A stretch of 64,000 bases of DNA, taken from NCBI GenBank assembly GCA_964019425.1, contig OZ025797.1:186001-250000 (forward strand), read 5' to 3'. Origin of the DNA: Flectonema sp. DT1601. Its lineage: Eukaryota. Below, piece after piece: positions 48,099-60,200 of the stretch. Position 1 is the first letter of the stretch, and every line of letters begins with the position of its first letter. The notes under the pieces are model-generated. The model made no database searches. It saw only the letters and a program-made list of their open reading frames with translations, and was not told the DNA's origin. The translations under genes were made by a program, and so were the position numbers.

Positions 48099-51000
48099 CA
48101 ATTTCTGAAATGTGACGGCGGTGGTGGTGCTGGACTGGAATTAACTGCGGCAACTTCAACAGCATTACGATACGATTCAATGTGTTGAATCATTGTATTG
48201 TGAATAGTTTGATAAAGTCTCTCTCTTTGATGGAGGTCAAGGTTGTAGATATTTGCAAACGATTCCACCAACACTTCAGGTCGATCACCTTCTCGAATAC
48301 CAATACGACCTGAAACTTGCGAATTCCTACCAATAGTAACATCAACAAATACAAGTGGAGCAGCCTTCTCTTCAACTCTTCTATTTTCAAGTTCAAGATT
48401 AAATGGGTCCGGCACTGTAGGTTCGCCTGTCCAAGTACCGGAAACTGATTGTTGAGGTTCGTCGCTTATTTCTTTTAGTTGTCTTGCGTTCTTTATTCTA
48501 CGAACTGCCTGTTGATAACCTTTGATAGCAGTAGGATCGGTTACTTTTGTTTTGGGTGGCGGGTTTCCAATTTTCGGTCGAAACGTACATTCTGAATTTT
48601 CTTTTTGCTCCAACAACGCCGCGGTTGTCAATTTTGGTTTTTTGTTTTCAGAGTTCTTTTGCTGCGAACGATTGTTTCGACCAACTGATGACCTTCTTTT
48701 TGAGTGCTGGCTGACAGGCATCCTTGTTGTTTGTGGTTTAAAGGTACATTCTGAAAGCTGTTCTTTTAATTGTTGTTCACGACTCAGTCGATGTTTTTCA
48801 TTAAGTTGATGACTATGTTGAAATAATGCTTCATAACGAGACATTCTCTGAGGAATCATTTGTTCTGATGTGGCCGTTAAACTCCTCCTAATCTGAGACG
48901 ATGATCGAACTGGAGTACTTTTCGGAGAGTGTCTTGTTCTAGAGGAGTGCATCACACTGTAAGATGGTGAATGAGATCCAGTACTACCTCTCCTCTGTGA
49001 ACCAGAATTAGATCTTTTATAACTCGGTAATGAAACATTATGAATACTCGATCCCCAAGTACTACAAGGTTTCGGAATATTTGGTATTCCTGGAGCGACA
49101 ACTGTTCGATCTGGTAAAGGGAGAGCAGCAATATCAGGAGCACAGTCAGGAGGAGATGGCGACCTTCTCAAAGAGACCTCACGAACTTGAACTGGTAATT
49201 GATTTGAAATATCTAACAACGGATGAGGTGGAATTGTAATATCAAAAGCAGGAGTAATCACAACAGGTATTTCAGGACTTGTTGGCACAGCTACCGGGAC
49301 TGGTACTACAATTGGAACTGTAACAGGAACTGGTACAGTAGTCGGAACATCAGCAGCCATCCTGATCGGAGACACTTCTCTTGAGTGCGATTCAAGTTTC
49401 GCTTTTCGAAGTTCCTCCAACTCGCCTCTTGTCGCTTGATACATATGAAGTAATTCTTGTTTCTCTAATTCACTTTCTTCTCTCAGTAGTCGAAGCTCTT
49501 CCTGCATTCCGTCATTGTGTCGTTCTATTCTGTATGTGATCTCTTCTTCTTTAGCGAGGTCCATTTCTATTTGTCTTTGTCTGATTTCTTCCATCTTTTG
49601 CGCTTCCAGTACTCGTTGTCGTTCCTGAAGACTAGACTCTTCTTGTTCCATTCTACGACGCCAGTTATCACGCTGTTTTGGTTTGTTTTGTGTTTGCTGT
49701 CGGGATGTGACGACTTCAGGTCACAGGTTACACTCGTACGAAAGTTTATTATTTTACGAAATTCAAAATTCAGAAGAATCCAACAACTATCTCGCACAAC
49801 ATAACTCCCACTCAGTTCAGTTTAGGTAACAGGCGGGGAACTGAGTCGGCTTTACATGTAATGTTAACACTAAATTAAAAAAGACAAGACGCGGAGGGCT
49901 GGCTCAGGAGGTCGGGCAGCCAACGAATGCGACACAACTCCCTAACAGTAGCTAAGCTACGGAATATGTTACTTTCGTTCCAGATTTCCCCTCAGAACTC
50001 TTGCGTCCCCGTTCCACACGAGCCTGATGCAGCTCAGTGAGAAAGTGGCAAACCCGCAAACCCCGTTAGGGTGAGTGAGGCTCAACAAGATTCAAAGGTG
50101 ACCCTTCGTCTACTAAGGAGGCCGGAATATATTTATTTCATCATCGCAAACCCATCCCCGCGTCTCTTAAATTAAAAAGTGTTAACATTACCCGAGAGCT
50201 AATTGAAATAACAAACGTACACAAACCTCAAGCATATCATGTTCTCTACGCTGGTCAGCGTTACGTCTCTCGTCTTCGATGATGGAACGATATTCCTCCT
50301 GAGAATCTCGAAGAACATTTACTTCTTCTTTTATTTGAATCGATTTTATTGCAGCGGTTGAGTTACTTTTTTCTGGTACAGAATTTAGTTGTGAAGGAGG
50401 GCCGGATGATATCGAAGTGACCGTAGCTGGTGGTCTCTGTTGTTGTTGTGGTTGTTGTGGTTGTGGTTGGTGTTGCTGGTAATTCTCCTGTTCTCTAGTA
50501 GTATGTGATGTTGTGGATTGCTGATACCGTTGTTGTTGTTGTTGCTGTTGTAGGTGTTCCTGCTGCTGTTGTTGTAGTTGTTGCTGATGTTCTTTCCACT
50601 CCTTTTCTTTTAGCCGCCATGCTTCCTCTCGGTCCCTTTCTTTTTGATCCAACAGCGCTCGTTCTTTTGCTAACATATCTTCCTGGAGCTTCTCTCTCCG
50701 TTGACGCTCTTCGTCTCTCTCCCGTTCTAAGGCAGATATCTTCTCTTCGAGATGAGAAGTTGAAACAGTTGACTCACCAATTGGATGTATTTGTGAAACT
50801 GAAAGTGATTGCACCTCCTGCATTGAAGGTAATGAGGGAACAGAAGGCGGAGCTACAAATATCGATGGAGGTCTCAGTTCCTCAGGTGGAGATGAAGAAG
50901 AGGAACTACTGGCAGTAGTAAGAGCAACTGGTGGTCTCTTTTCATTCAGTCTCTGCTGACGCTCTAACCATGTTTCTCTTTGTAGTCTCTCACCAGCGTA

Positions 51001-51210
51001 TGGTTGAGATAGAAGAGCGCTTGATAACATTTGTTGGGTACTTTTTGTATCTTTTGGTGTTATGGTGGTGGTGTTTACTGCTCTGGACAATGATCTTTTC
51101 GCTCCTCCTTGCCAACCGTCATAGAACATATCGCCATCAGATATTGTGCTTACTGACAAACTAGTACACCTAACAGGTGGTTGTGACTCAGGTCTGATGG
51201 GTATCGGCAT
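48098..51210 (-). CDS. Coiled-coil, low-complexity protein with two ECTFxP motifs and a conserved-looking C-terminal domain; exons 51210-50227 and 49672-48098
   Basis: A phase-0 intron GTTTG...AAAACAG joins DMLE to RDNWRRRMEQ. Motifs ECTFKPQT and ECTFRPKI; C-terminal PLVFVDVTIG...RIGIREGDRPEVLVESFANIYNL. Confidence 0.8.
49886..50166 (-). ncRNA. Intronic structured box C/D RNA candidate (~250 nt between the boxes)
   Basis: GC-richer island in intron 49673-50226. Box C ATGATGA (50144-50138) and box D CTGA (49907-49904) are closed by GGGTTTGC/GCCAGCCC and AGACGCGG/CCGCGTCT stems. An outer 13-bp inverted repeat sits at 49859-49871/50178-50190. G-U pairs favour the minus strand. Confidence 0.65.
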
Positions 51211-51502
51211 CTTTTGTGATACCTGAGCGACTAGACAAAAAAAAAAGAGAAATTGATAATAAAAAAAGTGATGATAACAATTTTTTTTTCATCTAAAAAA
51301 AAAAAAAAAAAAAAAAAGAATACACGGGCTAACTTTGGCATAAATAAAATAAAATAGTTTCCCCCCCTCCCCGGGAAAAAAAAAAAATGGGGGAAACCAT
51401 TAACATCACAACAATAATATTACCAAAATGAGGATAGTATGTTGAATTGAAAAGATTCGCAGTGATCCAACAAAGACAACAGAGAGTATTCATATTTTAT
51501 AA

Positions 51503-52330
51503 TTAACACGAGAAACCATTCAACAAAGAATCGGTGTTCATTACAACGTCGTTAGTCATGTCAAATTCTAATTCTGATTTGAAGAAATCATGAAGTAGTC
51601 CATTTGCTTTTTCCGAAAGTTCTGCATTTTGAGAATGCACGAGTCGTTCTGCGTGGGTTCGAATCCCAGAATCAACAAAAAAATACAATAAAGGTTGAGA
51701 AGGATCTTCATCATCCCACCATAATAAATTATAAATGATATCAAGTGTTAATTTTTGTAACGAGATGTCGGGTAATAACAGATTCTCGATTAAGTATTTG
51801 GTACTAGAAGGATGCAATGCACGTTGGTGTTCTATAAGTCCATTCTCACTAATTGCATAAAGAGCCCACAGAGCTTCCCGTTTTAATTTCGTAGGGGATG
51901 TCGCAATACAATTAGCGATATGATAGTGTAAGCCTTGGGTGATTGCATTGCCGATTGCTTCTTTAGTTTCGAGTATAGCAGAAAGGGTCCACATGACGTT
52001 AACAGGTTCGTAAGATATGGAAATCAAATGTCCAATAAAAGAGACCCCACCAAGTGATATAATGTACTGTTTGTCTTCGTACTTACCGTCTTCCATGATG
52101 TAAGAGAGGATTTCAAACATTGAATTAAGACTCGTGTTGGTAAAGCCTTTTTCCATTCCACTCTTGAATCGGTCCAATGCTGAGGTGACATCTTCGCTTT
52201 CATCTCTGCGTTCAGCTAACTGCTTATCTCTGACTTTACCTCGAAGGGATATTCTTGCATCTTGACGTCTCTGTTTTTCAATATTTGGGTTTACGCCTCT
52301 TGTTCTGATATGAGATTCATCTTGATTCAT
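51503..52330 (-). CDS. Short intronless importin-alpha-like ARM protein (275 aa)
   Basis: IBB-like RRQDARISLRGKVRDKQLAERR, ARM-like LKREALWALYAI, and importin-alpha-type C-terminus LVHSQNAELSEKANGLLHDFF. Confidence 0.75.
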   Translation of the reverse strand: MNQDESHIRTRGVNPNIEKQRRQDARISLRGKVRDKQLAERRDESEDVTSALDRFKSGMEKGFTNTSLNSMFEILSYIMEDGKYEDKQYIISLGGVSFIGHLISISYEPVNVMWTLSAILETKEAIGNAITQGLHYHIANCIATSPTKLKREALWALYAISENGLIEHQRALHPSSTKYLIENLLLPDISLQKLTLDIIYNLLWWDDEDPSQPLLYFFVDSGIRTHAERLVHSQNAELSEKANGLLHDFFKSELEFDMTNDVVMNTDSLLNGFSC

Positions 52331-54428
52331 ATGGCTGATTATATAAATATATTTTTATGTAAACTAACGAGAAAAAAAGTGGAATTGCATCAGAATTCTT
52401 TCCCACAGAACCAGACTCACCTTACAAAGACCCGCATCAAATTCACTTCTGGGAGTGCCCCAACAAGAAGTGGACGATTCTCAATCTAATATTCATTTAT
52501 ATATTTCCTGTAAATTTTCAAAAAAAAAAAAATGTACCAAACCACACCATCCAATTACACAAAACTCTCGTATTTGATGTTGCTGGGGGAGATGAGGTGA
52601 AAAGAGGGGCGGCGTTTTTTTTTTTTTTTTTTTTTTTTTTCCCCTGACACTCCTTTGAGGGAGCTGCTGACTTCTTCCTCAATTGAATTCCTTCTAAGAA
52701 GAAGGATTGCAAAAAAGAAGGTGCATTTTTATGAAAGGAGAAAAATGGAGTAATGGATTGAAATTGGAAAAAAAAAAAAAAAAAAAAGAGGCCATTATTA
52801 GTTTCTTTTTTTTTTTCTTTTTTTTTTTTGTCAATGCGATTGTCAACAAGGGGGATAACAGGAATTGAAAAGAAGAAGAAAAAGTGTTGACGCCCTTGTC
52901 AACAGGGGGGGGATTCTTATCAGCTCACGAAGACCAACAAAAAAAAAAAAAAAAAAGAGGGGAAATTATGCGGCGGGAAATGAAAATCGGCGCTCCCGAC
53001 TACTGCCGAACAGATCAGCGAAGGGCACTCGTTTGTAAAACGAAAAAAAAAAAATTATTGATTTATTATCCAGAACTGAAACACCGCCAAAAAAGGAAAA
53101 AAAAAAAAAAAAAAAAAGGCACACAAAGCGAGTAATTAAGTCTGCCGCAGGCAAGAAATCGGCACCTTTCTCTTCAGCTGACGGGCAAGGACACAGTATA
53201 AAAAGAGTTGAAGAAAGTTACAGTGCACAAAAACAAAGTTAAAATATGGAAACCAAAGAGAGTAAAGCCGACGATAAGTGACTTAGATTTAAAAATGAGG
53301 GTGAGTACCGTACCATGTATTCACCACGATGATACGTTTTCTAGTGAACTATTTTTTCAACGATAAAAAGTGCCAAGCCAACACTATGAGTCCTGCTACC
53401 GTAACTAGTTAAGTAATTCAACACTACTGAACATTAGTAGTAACTGTGGCAGAAAAACTGACTCCCCAAATACAGTTATCACAATGAAAGTGTTAAGTAA
53501 ATACACCACCTGAGATCTGCCATATTTTTTCTTCTTCTTTTTTTTCTAATCTAATTATATCTGTTAGTTTTTTTTTGTTTTGTTTTTTTTTTTTCTTGCC
53601 CAGTCTCAGGGCACTACATCAACATGGTTAAACAACCAATATATTCCGTGCAAAATTCAAAAGAAAAAGAGAGGGAGGGGAGAAAAGAAAACTATGGCAA
53701 CGTAAATCTTTTAGTGAAAGCCACTCTTACGAAGGAAGTTAAATGGTAGTCGGTAATTAAGTTCCTGTTCTTTTTTTTTGTTTTTTTTGTTGTTTTTTTT
53801 CTGTTGTTTTTTTTTTTTTTTTCCAACGAAGGTAAAGTTTGCATATAAAAAAGAATGAATGAATGATATAAAAGGGGGAGAGAGGGAAGAAGAAAATGAA
53901 CAAATTTTTTTTTTAAAAAAAAAAAAAAGGAAATCCCCTCAGTAATCAACCTTAGTCAGCCATTCTTGGCAAACCTCGTTGCCTTTTTCAAGCTCGAGTG
54001 AGACAGTACTTGGGGCGTTAACTTTCATGTGTTTTTGCAAGTTTTTTTCAGTTTTCTTTTTTTTTTTTTCCTCATGCTAGAGATGCCTCAATTTAAAAAA
54101 AAAAAAAAAATTAGAGAAAGAATAGGCGTTTACATTCCATGTCTATTACTATTAGCATCACAAGTAACTGCCAGTCAGAGATACCACGTGTAGTATTTAT
54201 AGTTTTCCATATTTTTTTTTGTTGTTGTTGTTGTTTTCCCTGCATTCTGATAGATGAAGTCATTGCCCATCCCCTCCGATAGCTGTCTTTACTTTTTTTT
54301 TTTTTTTTTTTTTTTCCAAATAGACCGATCGGTTCCGACACGTCACCACCATCAGTTTGAATCAATTTCGTGTTTCAAGCCTGAGATCTGCTTGTAAGAA
54401 TGCTGAACGACAACTATCAGAGTTGGCC

Positions 54429-55037
54429 TTACATAGTCACGTTATACATTTGCTGCTGTTGCGGTGCAGAGATTCCAAACTGACTCACCTGTGATAAATC
54501 AATACCGTCATCACCAGACGCCATAGAGACAATTGCGCTACTGAGTGTTGCTATTTTCTGATCATCAGCTTCAGTGTAGCTAGACACAATCTCAAATCCT
54601 CCATCTTCTCTAAATTGAGTAGCGGCGTTCAACTTTGGTAAATTCATTGCTGCCAGCTGTTTGTTTGTTTGCTTTAGGAGACTATCCATGAATAATGAAT
54701 AATAAATAAAATCACAACATCAACAACATACGTAATCATCAATCTCAGGAGCTTCACTCAACAAGGTTTCAATGGCTCTCAAGATGGTTCTAACCATTGC
54801 CGGGTTAGTACCTCTTGTCACTGTGAGGGCGTGAATGAGTCCTCTTAAGCAACCATTCTCCATGATGACCTTTCTCTCTTCCTGAGTTCCGTGTTCTGCA
54901 ATATTTGCAACTCCATGAACACATTCTTTTCGGATCTTTTGCTTGTCATGATAAGTGTGCTTTAAGATAGCAAGGTGTAATCCTGCAGCAAAGACACAAC
55001 CACGCTGTGCTTCGGTACCGAGTAGTACATTACTGTG

Positions 55038-55068
<31 letters not shown>

Positions 55069-56239
55069 CGTCAAAAGAAGAAAAAACACTTAACATAATA
55101 AAAAAAACAAACCTAATAGTCCAACAACATTCGTTTATAATTCCTTCCTTGGTATTTGGTTTCGATAAAATTGTTCCAAGGCTGACGAGTAGACCAGCAT
55201 CTATTACCTGTTTTAGTTTAAGTGTTGTATTTATCTATCTATCTAACATGTAAATAATAATACTAAGTTAACATACTTGCTGGGTCTGTTCGTCACTGCC
55301 AGTAACAAAGTTACCGAGGGTACGGAGAGCTGGGCTACAGAGTTGAGAATCACACACTGCTATGATACGCATGAGAGTAGGTACAATGTCAGGAAGCTGC
55401 ATAACAAGTTGAATTCTGTTGTTCTCACCATCAGATATGTAACTTAAAGCCCAACAAGCATCACACACAACCTGTCTATCATTAGACGACAGAAGCTCAC
55501 GGAATGTTGGAAGCACTGGTAAGATTAATGGAAGAACTCTATTTGGATCACTGCAGTCTTTATCTTTTCTAACTAAGTTAGACATACACCAAGTAGCATT
55601 ACGAAGAATAGTTTCCGAAGGATTATTATGAACTATTCTCTGAATGATTTCAAGAGCTCCTAAACTAAGCATCTGTTCCTTACCTGCAGGCTCACCAGCT
55701 ATGTTTCCTAAAGCCCAAAGACACTGGTCTAACAGATCCTCACTGTTTGATGTAGTAAGGAGGTGCATAAATTGAGGTACAGTGTTCAAACCGATAATGT
55801 AATTAGTTTCATCAGCAACACCACTGGCAATGTTACAGATGGCCCAGGCGGCTTCAAGTTGAAGTTTTGGTTGATCGTCTGCACGCAGGAACATGGCAAA
55901 TTCCTGTACAACACCAGTTGCGATAACTTGAGAAAGAGGTGGATCTTGGGCTTTTGATAATAATTTTCTGATCAAAGTTGTTGCGAGTTGTCTTTGCTCT
56001 AAATCACCTTCCCTAACACCTCTCACGTAATCACTTAATAAATTAACATCCGCGATAGGTAGAGTAGATGAAGATTTTTGTGTTTCCGTCTCAGTCACTT
56101 TACCTCTCTTATCTCTCATCATCTCCTCCTTCTTCTTTGCTCTGAGTGACACGGCATCTCCACGTCTGCGAGCTGCCTGCTTTTCGGTTGATATCCCGAG
56201 CTTTGATGTCCCCGAGTGTTCCTGTTGTTGATACATCAT
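54429..56239 (-). CDS. Importin subunit alpha; exons 56239-55277, 55207-55113, 55032-54732, 54656-54429
   Basis: IBB RRRGDAVSLRAKKKEEMMRDKR; IRKLLS..DPP, LEAAWAICNIASG, QCLWALGNIAG, RNATWCMSNL, DACWALSYISDG.N.RIQ, PALRTLGNFVTGSDEQTQ. Intron phases are compatible. Confidence 0.92.
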
Positions 56240-56428
56240 TACCCTTTTGTTTTGATTTGATACCTGAGATGAATATTATTAATAAAGTAAAAATTATAAA
56301 TATTTAAAACACGATTTCAACAACTCTACAGATATACAATAACAATAAATCTCAGTTAACATTGTGCAGATAAAATCGGAGAACTTGCACGAGGGTTGAC
56401 TCTGACTGTTCAAAGACGAGTTCGATCT

Positions 56429-57004
56429 CTACCAGAGATTCGCCGCAGGAGGAGCGTCGACCAGTCTCTTTTGGATCCAAACAGTAGTAATAATATTCCA
56501 ACGTCTGTAACACCACTTGTAACCAACTTCAGAGTCCGTTGTTGGAACCCGTCGCGGTTTCGTTGCGTTTTTTGATGCCTCGCGCAGTTTGCTCCAAATT
56601 TCAGGCGCCAGACCTTCCGGTGCTGTTGCTGAAGCTCCATCAGGTTCCATCCCCTCCTCCGACGTCATTTTTGCTGCTACGGTTTCAATACAACGATCCA
56701 TAAAGAACTGAGCTCTATCTTTATCACTGTACACTCCAAGAACTTGTTCACTTGGTCTAAACACATGGGGAAGGGGGTCTACATTTCCAGGTTTCTCCGA
56801 GTCATCCTTGCTGGCAAAAACTTGCTGTTGTCTTATCAACCAAACACCAGTACCTGGTAGGGGACCAATTGCGTCTTGTGTACCATTACCTGGAATCCCC
56901 TGACCTGTTACAGGTACTTCAAAATATCGATTTCGTTCTGGTGATACAAACGGAACACTGTATCCAGGTATCAACCCCGGCACTACTACTTCAGGGTGAA
57001 GCAT
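56429..57004 (-). CDS. Hypothetical protein, 191 aa
   Basis: ATG-initiated ORF with coding-like composition, on the same strand as all neighbours and flanked by AT-rich DNA. No family recognised. Confidence 0.65.
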   Translation of the reverse strand: MLHPEVVVPGLIPGYSVPFVSPERNRYFEVPVTGQGIPGNGTQDAIGPLPGTGVWLIRQQQVFASKDDSEKPGNVDPLPHVFRPSEQVLGVYSDKDRAQFFMDRCIETVAAKMTSEEGMEPDGASATAPEGLAPEIWSKLREASKNATKPRRVPTTDSEVGYKWCYRRWNIITTVWIQKRLVDAPPAANLW

Positions 57005-57258
57005 ATGTACTAATCAATTTCTAATAAAGGTTGAAGAGAGAAATAATACACTAAACACGTGAAATATTACAACACCGAAACATTATATTAATAATCACCT
57101 GATAAGTGTAATAACATTATTAACAATAATCCTAATTACCGTACAGAACTATTCATAAAAGTACCTAATAGCAGGTCTAATTCTAAGAGCGGGTAAGAAG
57201 CCAATATGTCAATTATTTATATCAAAGCAAATAAGGGTAATAAAGTATTCACACTTTC

Positions 57259-60200
57259 TTACTCTGAATCACTCAAACTTGTCGGTAACGTTAGTGATGA
57301 GCTGGTGGTGTCTATTTCAGAACTACATTTTGATTTTGAACCATCGCTGGATAAAGTCTGCTCATGAAAACTTCCCGACGATGAGCTGGTTACACTTAAC
57401 GGTGTGGCAGGTGAATGTGATGGCGACAATGAAGAGGTTTTGTCTTCTTTATGGTTCTTTGGCTTTTGACTTCCTCGTGGTGTTGCACTGCAACTCGATA
57501 CTGAAGTACTAATTTGATCATCCAAAGGAGGAGGTAAAGGAGCTACTCTCTGCTTTACCTGCACCCTCTTCACAGGAGATACTTCACTCTCACTTGATTG
57601 AGAAACATCACTATCTGGTGAATATAATTCTATTGGTATCGGTGATTGTTTACTAGATGAAGCAGTAGCCTCAGAATCAGGAGAAAAAATTATTTCCTCA
57701 ACCGAAGGTGGTGTCGCAGGACTTTTGCTTCCAACTTGCTGTCGTGTTGGGGAGCCTTCCGCAGTAGGTGAACACGTAGCTTCAGAACCCAAGGATACAA
57801 CTGAAGAATGTATCCCTTGAGGGGAATAGTTACCCTGTGGAGAAGGAGATCTATCAAGTGATGATTTACTTACCGTAGGCTGGACGGTATCAGTCTCAAC
57901 TACGTCAGAAGGTAGTAGTTGAATCGTAGGTGATATCTCACGAGTACTCTCAGGACTTTGAGAATTATCTCCCAATAAAAAGGATTCCAGTAACCCATCA
58001 ACAGGAACTGGTGACAATGGATATATCGAATGTTGTTCAGTTTCAGTCGCTACCTTGGAATTTATATTTACTTCAGAAAACTTCACACTATTTCCATTAC
58101 TGTCAGGTGAGGCAGTTTCTCTATCAAGTGAAGAAGTAAATCCAAGAGGAGAAGAATCACACTGTGGATCTTCATGCTCACTCTTTGGCACGCTGCTTGG
58201 GTTGACTATCTCAGGAAGGTTTTCCTTTTCATCTGCGGGTACCACTTTACCTGATGAGGGTACTGAAGGTGATGATGACGTACTATCTTCCGGCAGGTCA
58301 TTTCTAATTAACGAGCTGCCTACTCCACAGAGGTGTTCAGCTTCATTGACAGGCGCTATCCCACTAGGTGATGGAAGACTATCCTTGTCATCAGTTTGAG
58401 TCTCAAATGGTTCTAATAAACCGATAGCACTTTGTTGTTGTTCTGTTGAAGGGTATTTAGGTGACGGCGACACAGTCCCCGTGAAATCAGATAATGCTGT
58501 GGCACTCTGGCCTGCTAAATGTCGGGGAGACTGAGTTGAATCTGTGAAGTCAGAAAATGGATCTTTTTCAGCTTTAGCAGATAGACCAGATGGATTTATT
58601 ATAGTTGTCGTCTCTACTTGACTTGAGTCACTTTTTCGAAGCAGTTCACTCTGCTCATCGAATTCACGAGAACCATAAGAGGCTAAACTGGTACTGGTAG
58701 CTTTGGTCACTGTAATCGTAGAGTCAGAGAACACATCCTTTGTTGACATGTTATCCTTCGGAGAAGATGTTGAGTCTGGGAACAGATCTGCACCAGACTC
58801 TGGGTTATCACCAATTATTATTGTATCTACTGCCTCTGGTTTTTGGGGCGTGAGCCCCATCAACATATCTGAGAAGGGATCGACGGCTGTCTTCACATCA
58901 CCTGGACTGACAACATCTTTCGGGGATTCAATATGCTGCTCATGCTCATCACTTGCAGGAGAAGAGGAAGGTGTTAACGTTGTGGGTTTTGAAGCAGCTA
59001 CCGACTCAGACGTGGAGTCTGGGAACAGATCTGCACCAGACTCTGGGTTACCACCAATTATTATTGTATCTACTGCCTCTGGTTTTTGGGGCGTGAGCCC
59101 CATCAACATATCTGAGAAGGGATCGACGGCTGTCTTCACATCACCTGGACTGACAACATCTTTCGGGGATTCAATATGCTGATCATGCTCATCACTTGCA
59201 GGAGAAGAGGAAGGTGTTAACGTTGTGGGTTTTGAAGCAGCTACCGACTCAGACGTGGAGTCTGGGAACAGATCTGCACCAGACTCTGGGTTATCACCAA
59301 TTATTATTGTATCTACTGCCTCTGGTTTTTGGGGCGTGAGCCCCATCAACATATCTGAGAAGGGATCGACGGCTGTCTTCACATCACCTGGACTGACAAC
59401 ATCTTTCGGGGATTCAATATGCTGCTCATGCTCATCACTTGCAGAAGAAGAGGAAGGTGTTAACGTTGTGGGTTTTGAAGCAGCTACCGACTCAGCCACA
59501 GGAGACGTGGAGTCTGGGAACAGATCTGCACCAGACTCTGGGTTATCACCAATTATTATTGTATCTACTGCCTCTGGTTTTTGGGGCGTGAGCCCCATCA
59601 ACATATCTGAGAAGGGATCGACGGCTGTCTTCACATCACCTGGACTGACAACATCTTTCGGGGATTCAATATGCTGATCATGCTCATCACTTGCAGGAGA
59701 AGAGGAAGGTGTTAACGTTGTGGGTTTTGAAGCAGCTACCGACTCAGACGTGGAGTCTGGGAACAGATCTGCACCAGACTCTGGGTTACCACCAATTATT
59801 ATTGTATCTACTGCCTCTGGTTTTTGGGGCGTGAGCCCCATCAACATATCTGAGAAGGGATCGACGGCTGTCTTCACATCACCTGGACTGACAACATCTT
59901 TCGGGGATTCAATATGCTGATCATGCTCATCACTTGCAGGAGAAGAGGAAGGTGTTAACGTTGTGGGTTTTGAAGCAGCTACCGACTCAGACGTGGAGTC
60001 TGGGAACAGATCTGCACCAGACTCTGGGTTATCACCAATTATTATTGTATCTACTGCCTCTGGTTTTTGGGGCGTGAGCCCCATCAACATATCTGAGAAG
60101 GGATCGACGGCTGTCTTCACATCACCTGGACTGACAACATCTTTCGGGGATTCAATATGCTGCTCATGCTCATCACTTGCAGAAGAAGAGGAAGGTGTTA

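Noticed and set aside
49886..50166. U3, SRP RNA, RNase P/MRP or U14 identity for the intronic RNA
   Set aside because: No U3 box A/B, SRP helix-8 motif, P4 (GAAAGUCCCC/GGGGCU) pairing or complete U14 antisense elements were seen.
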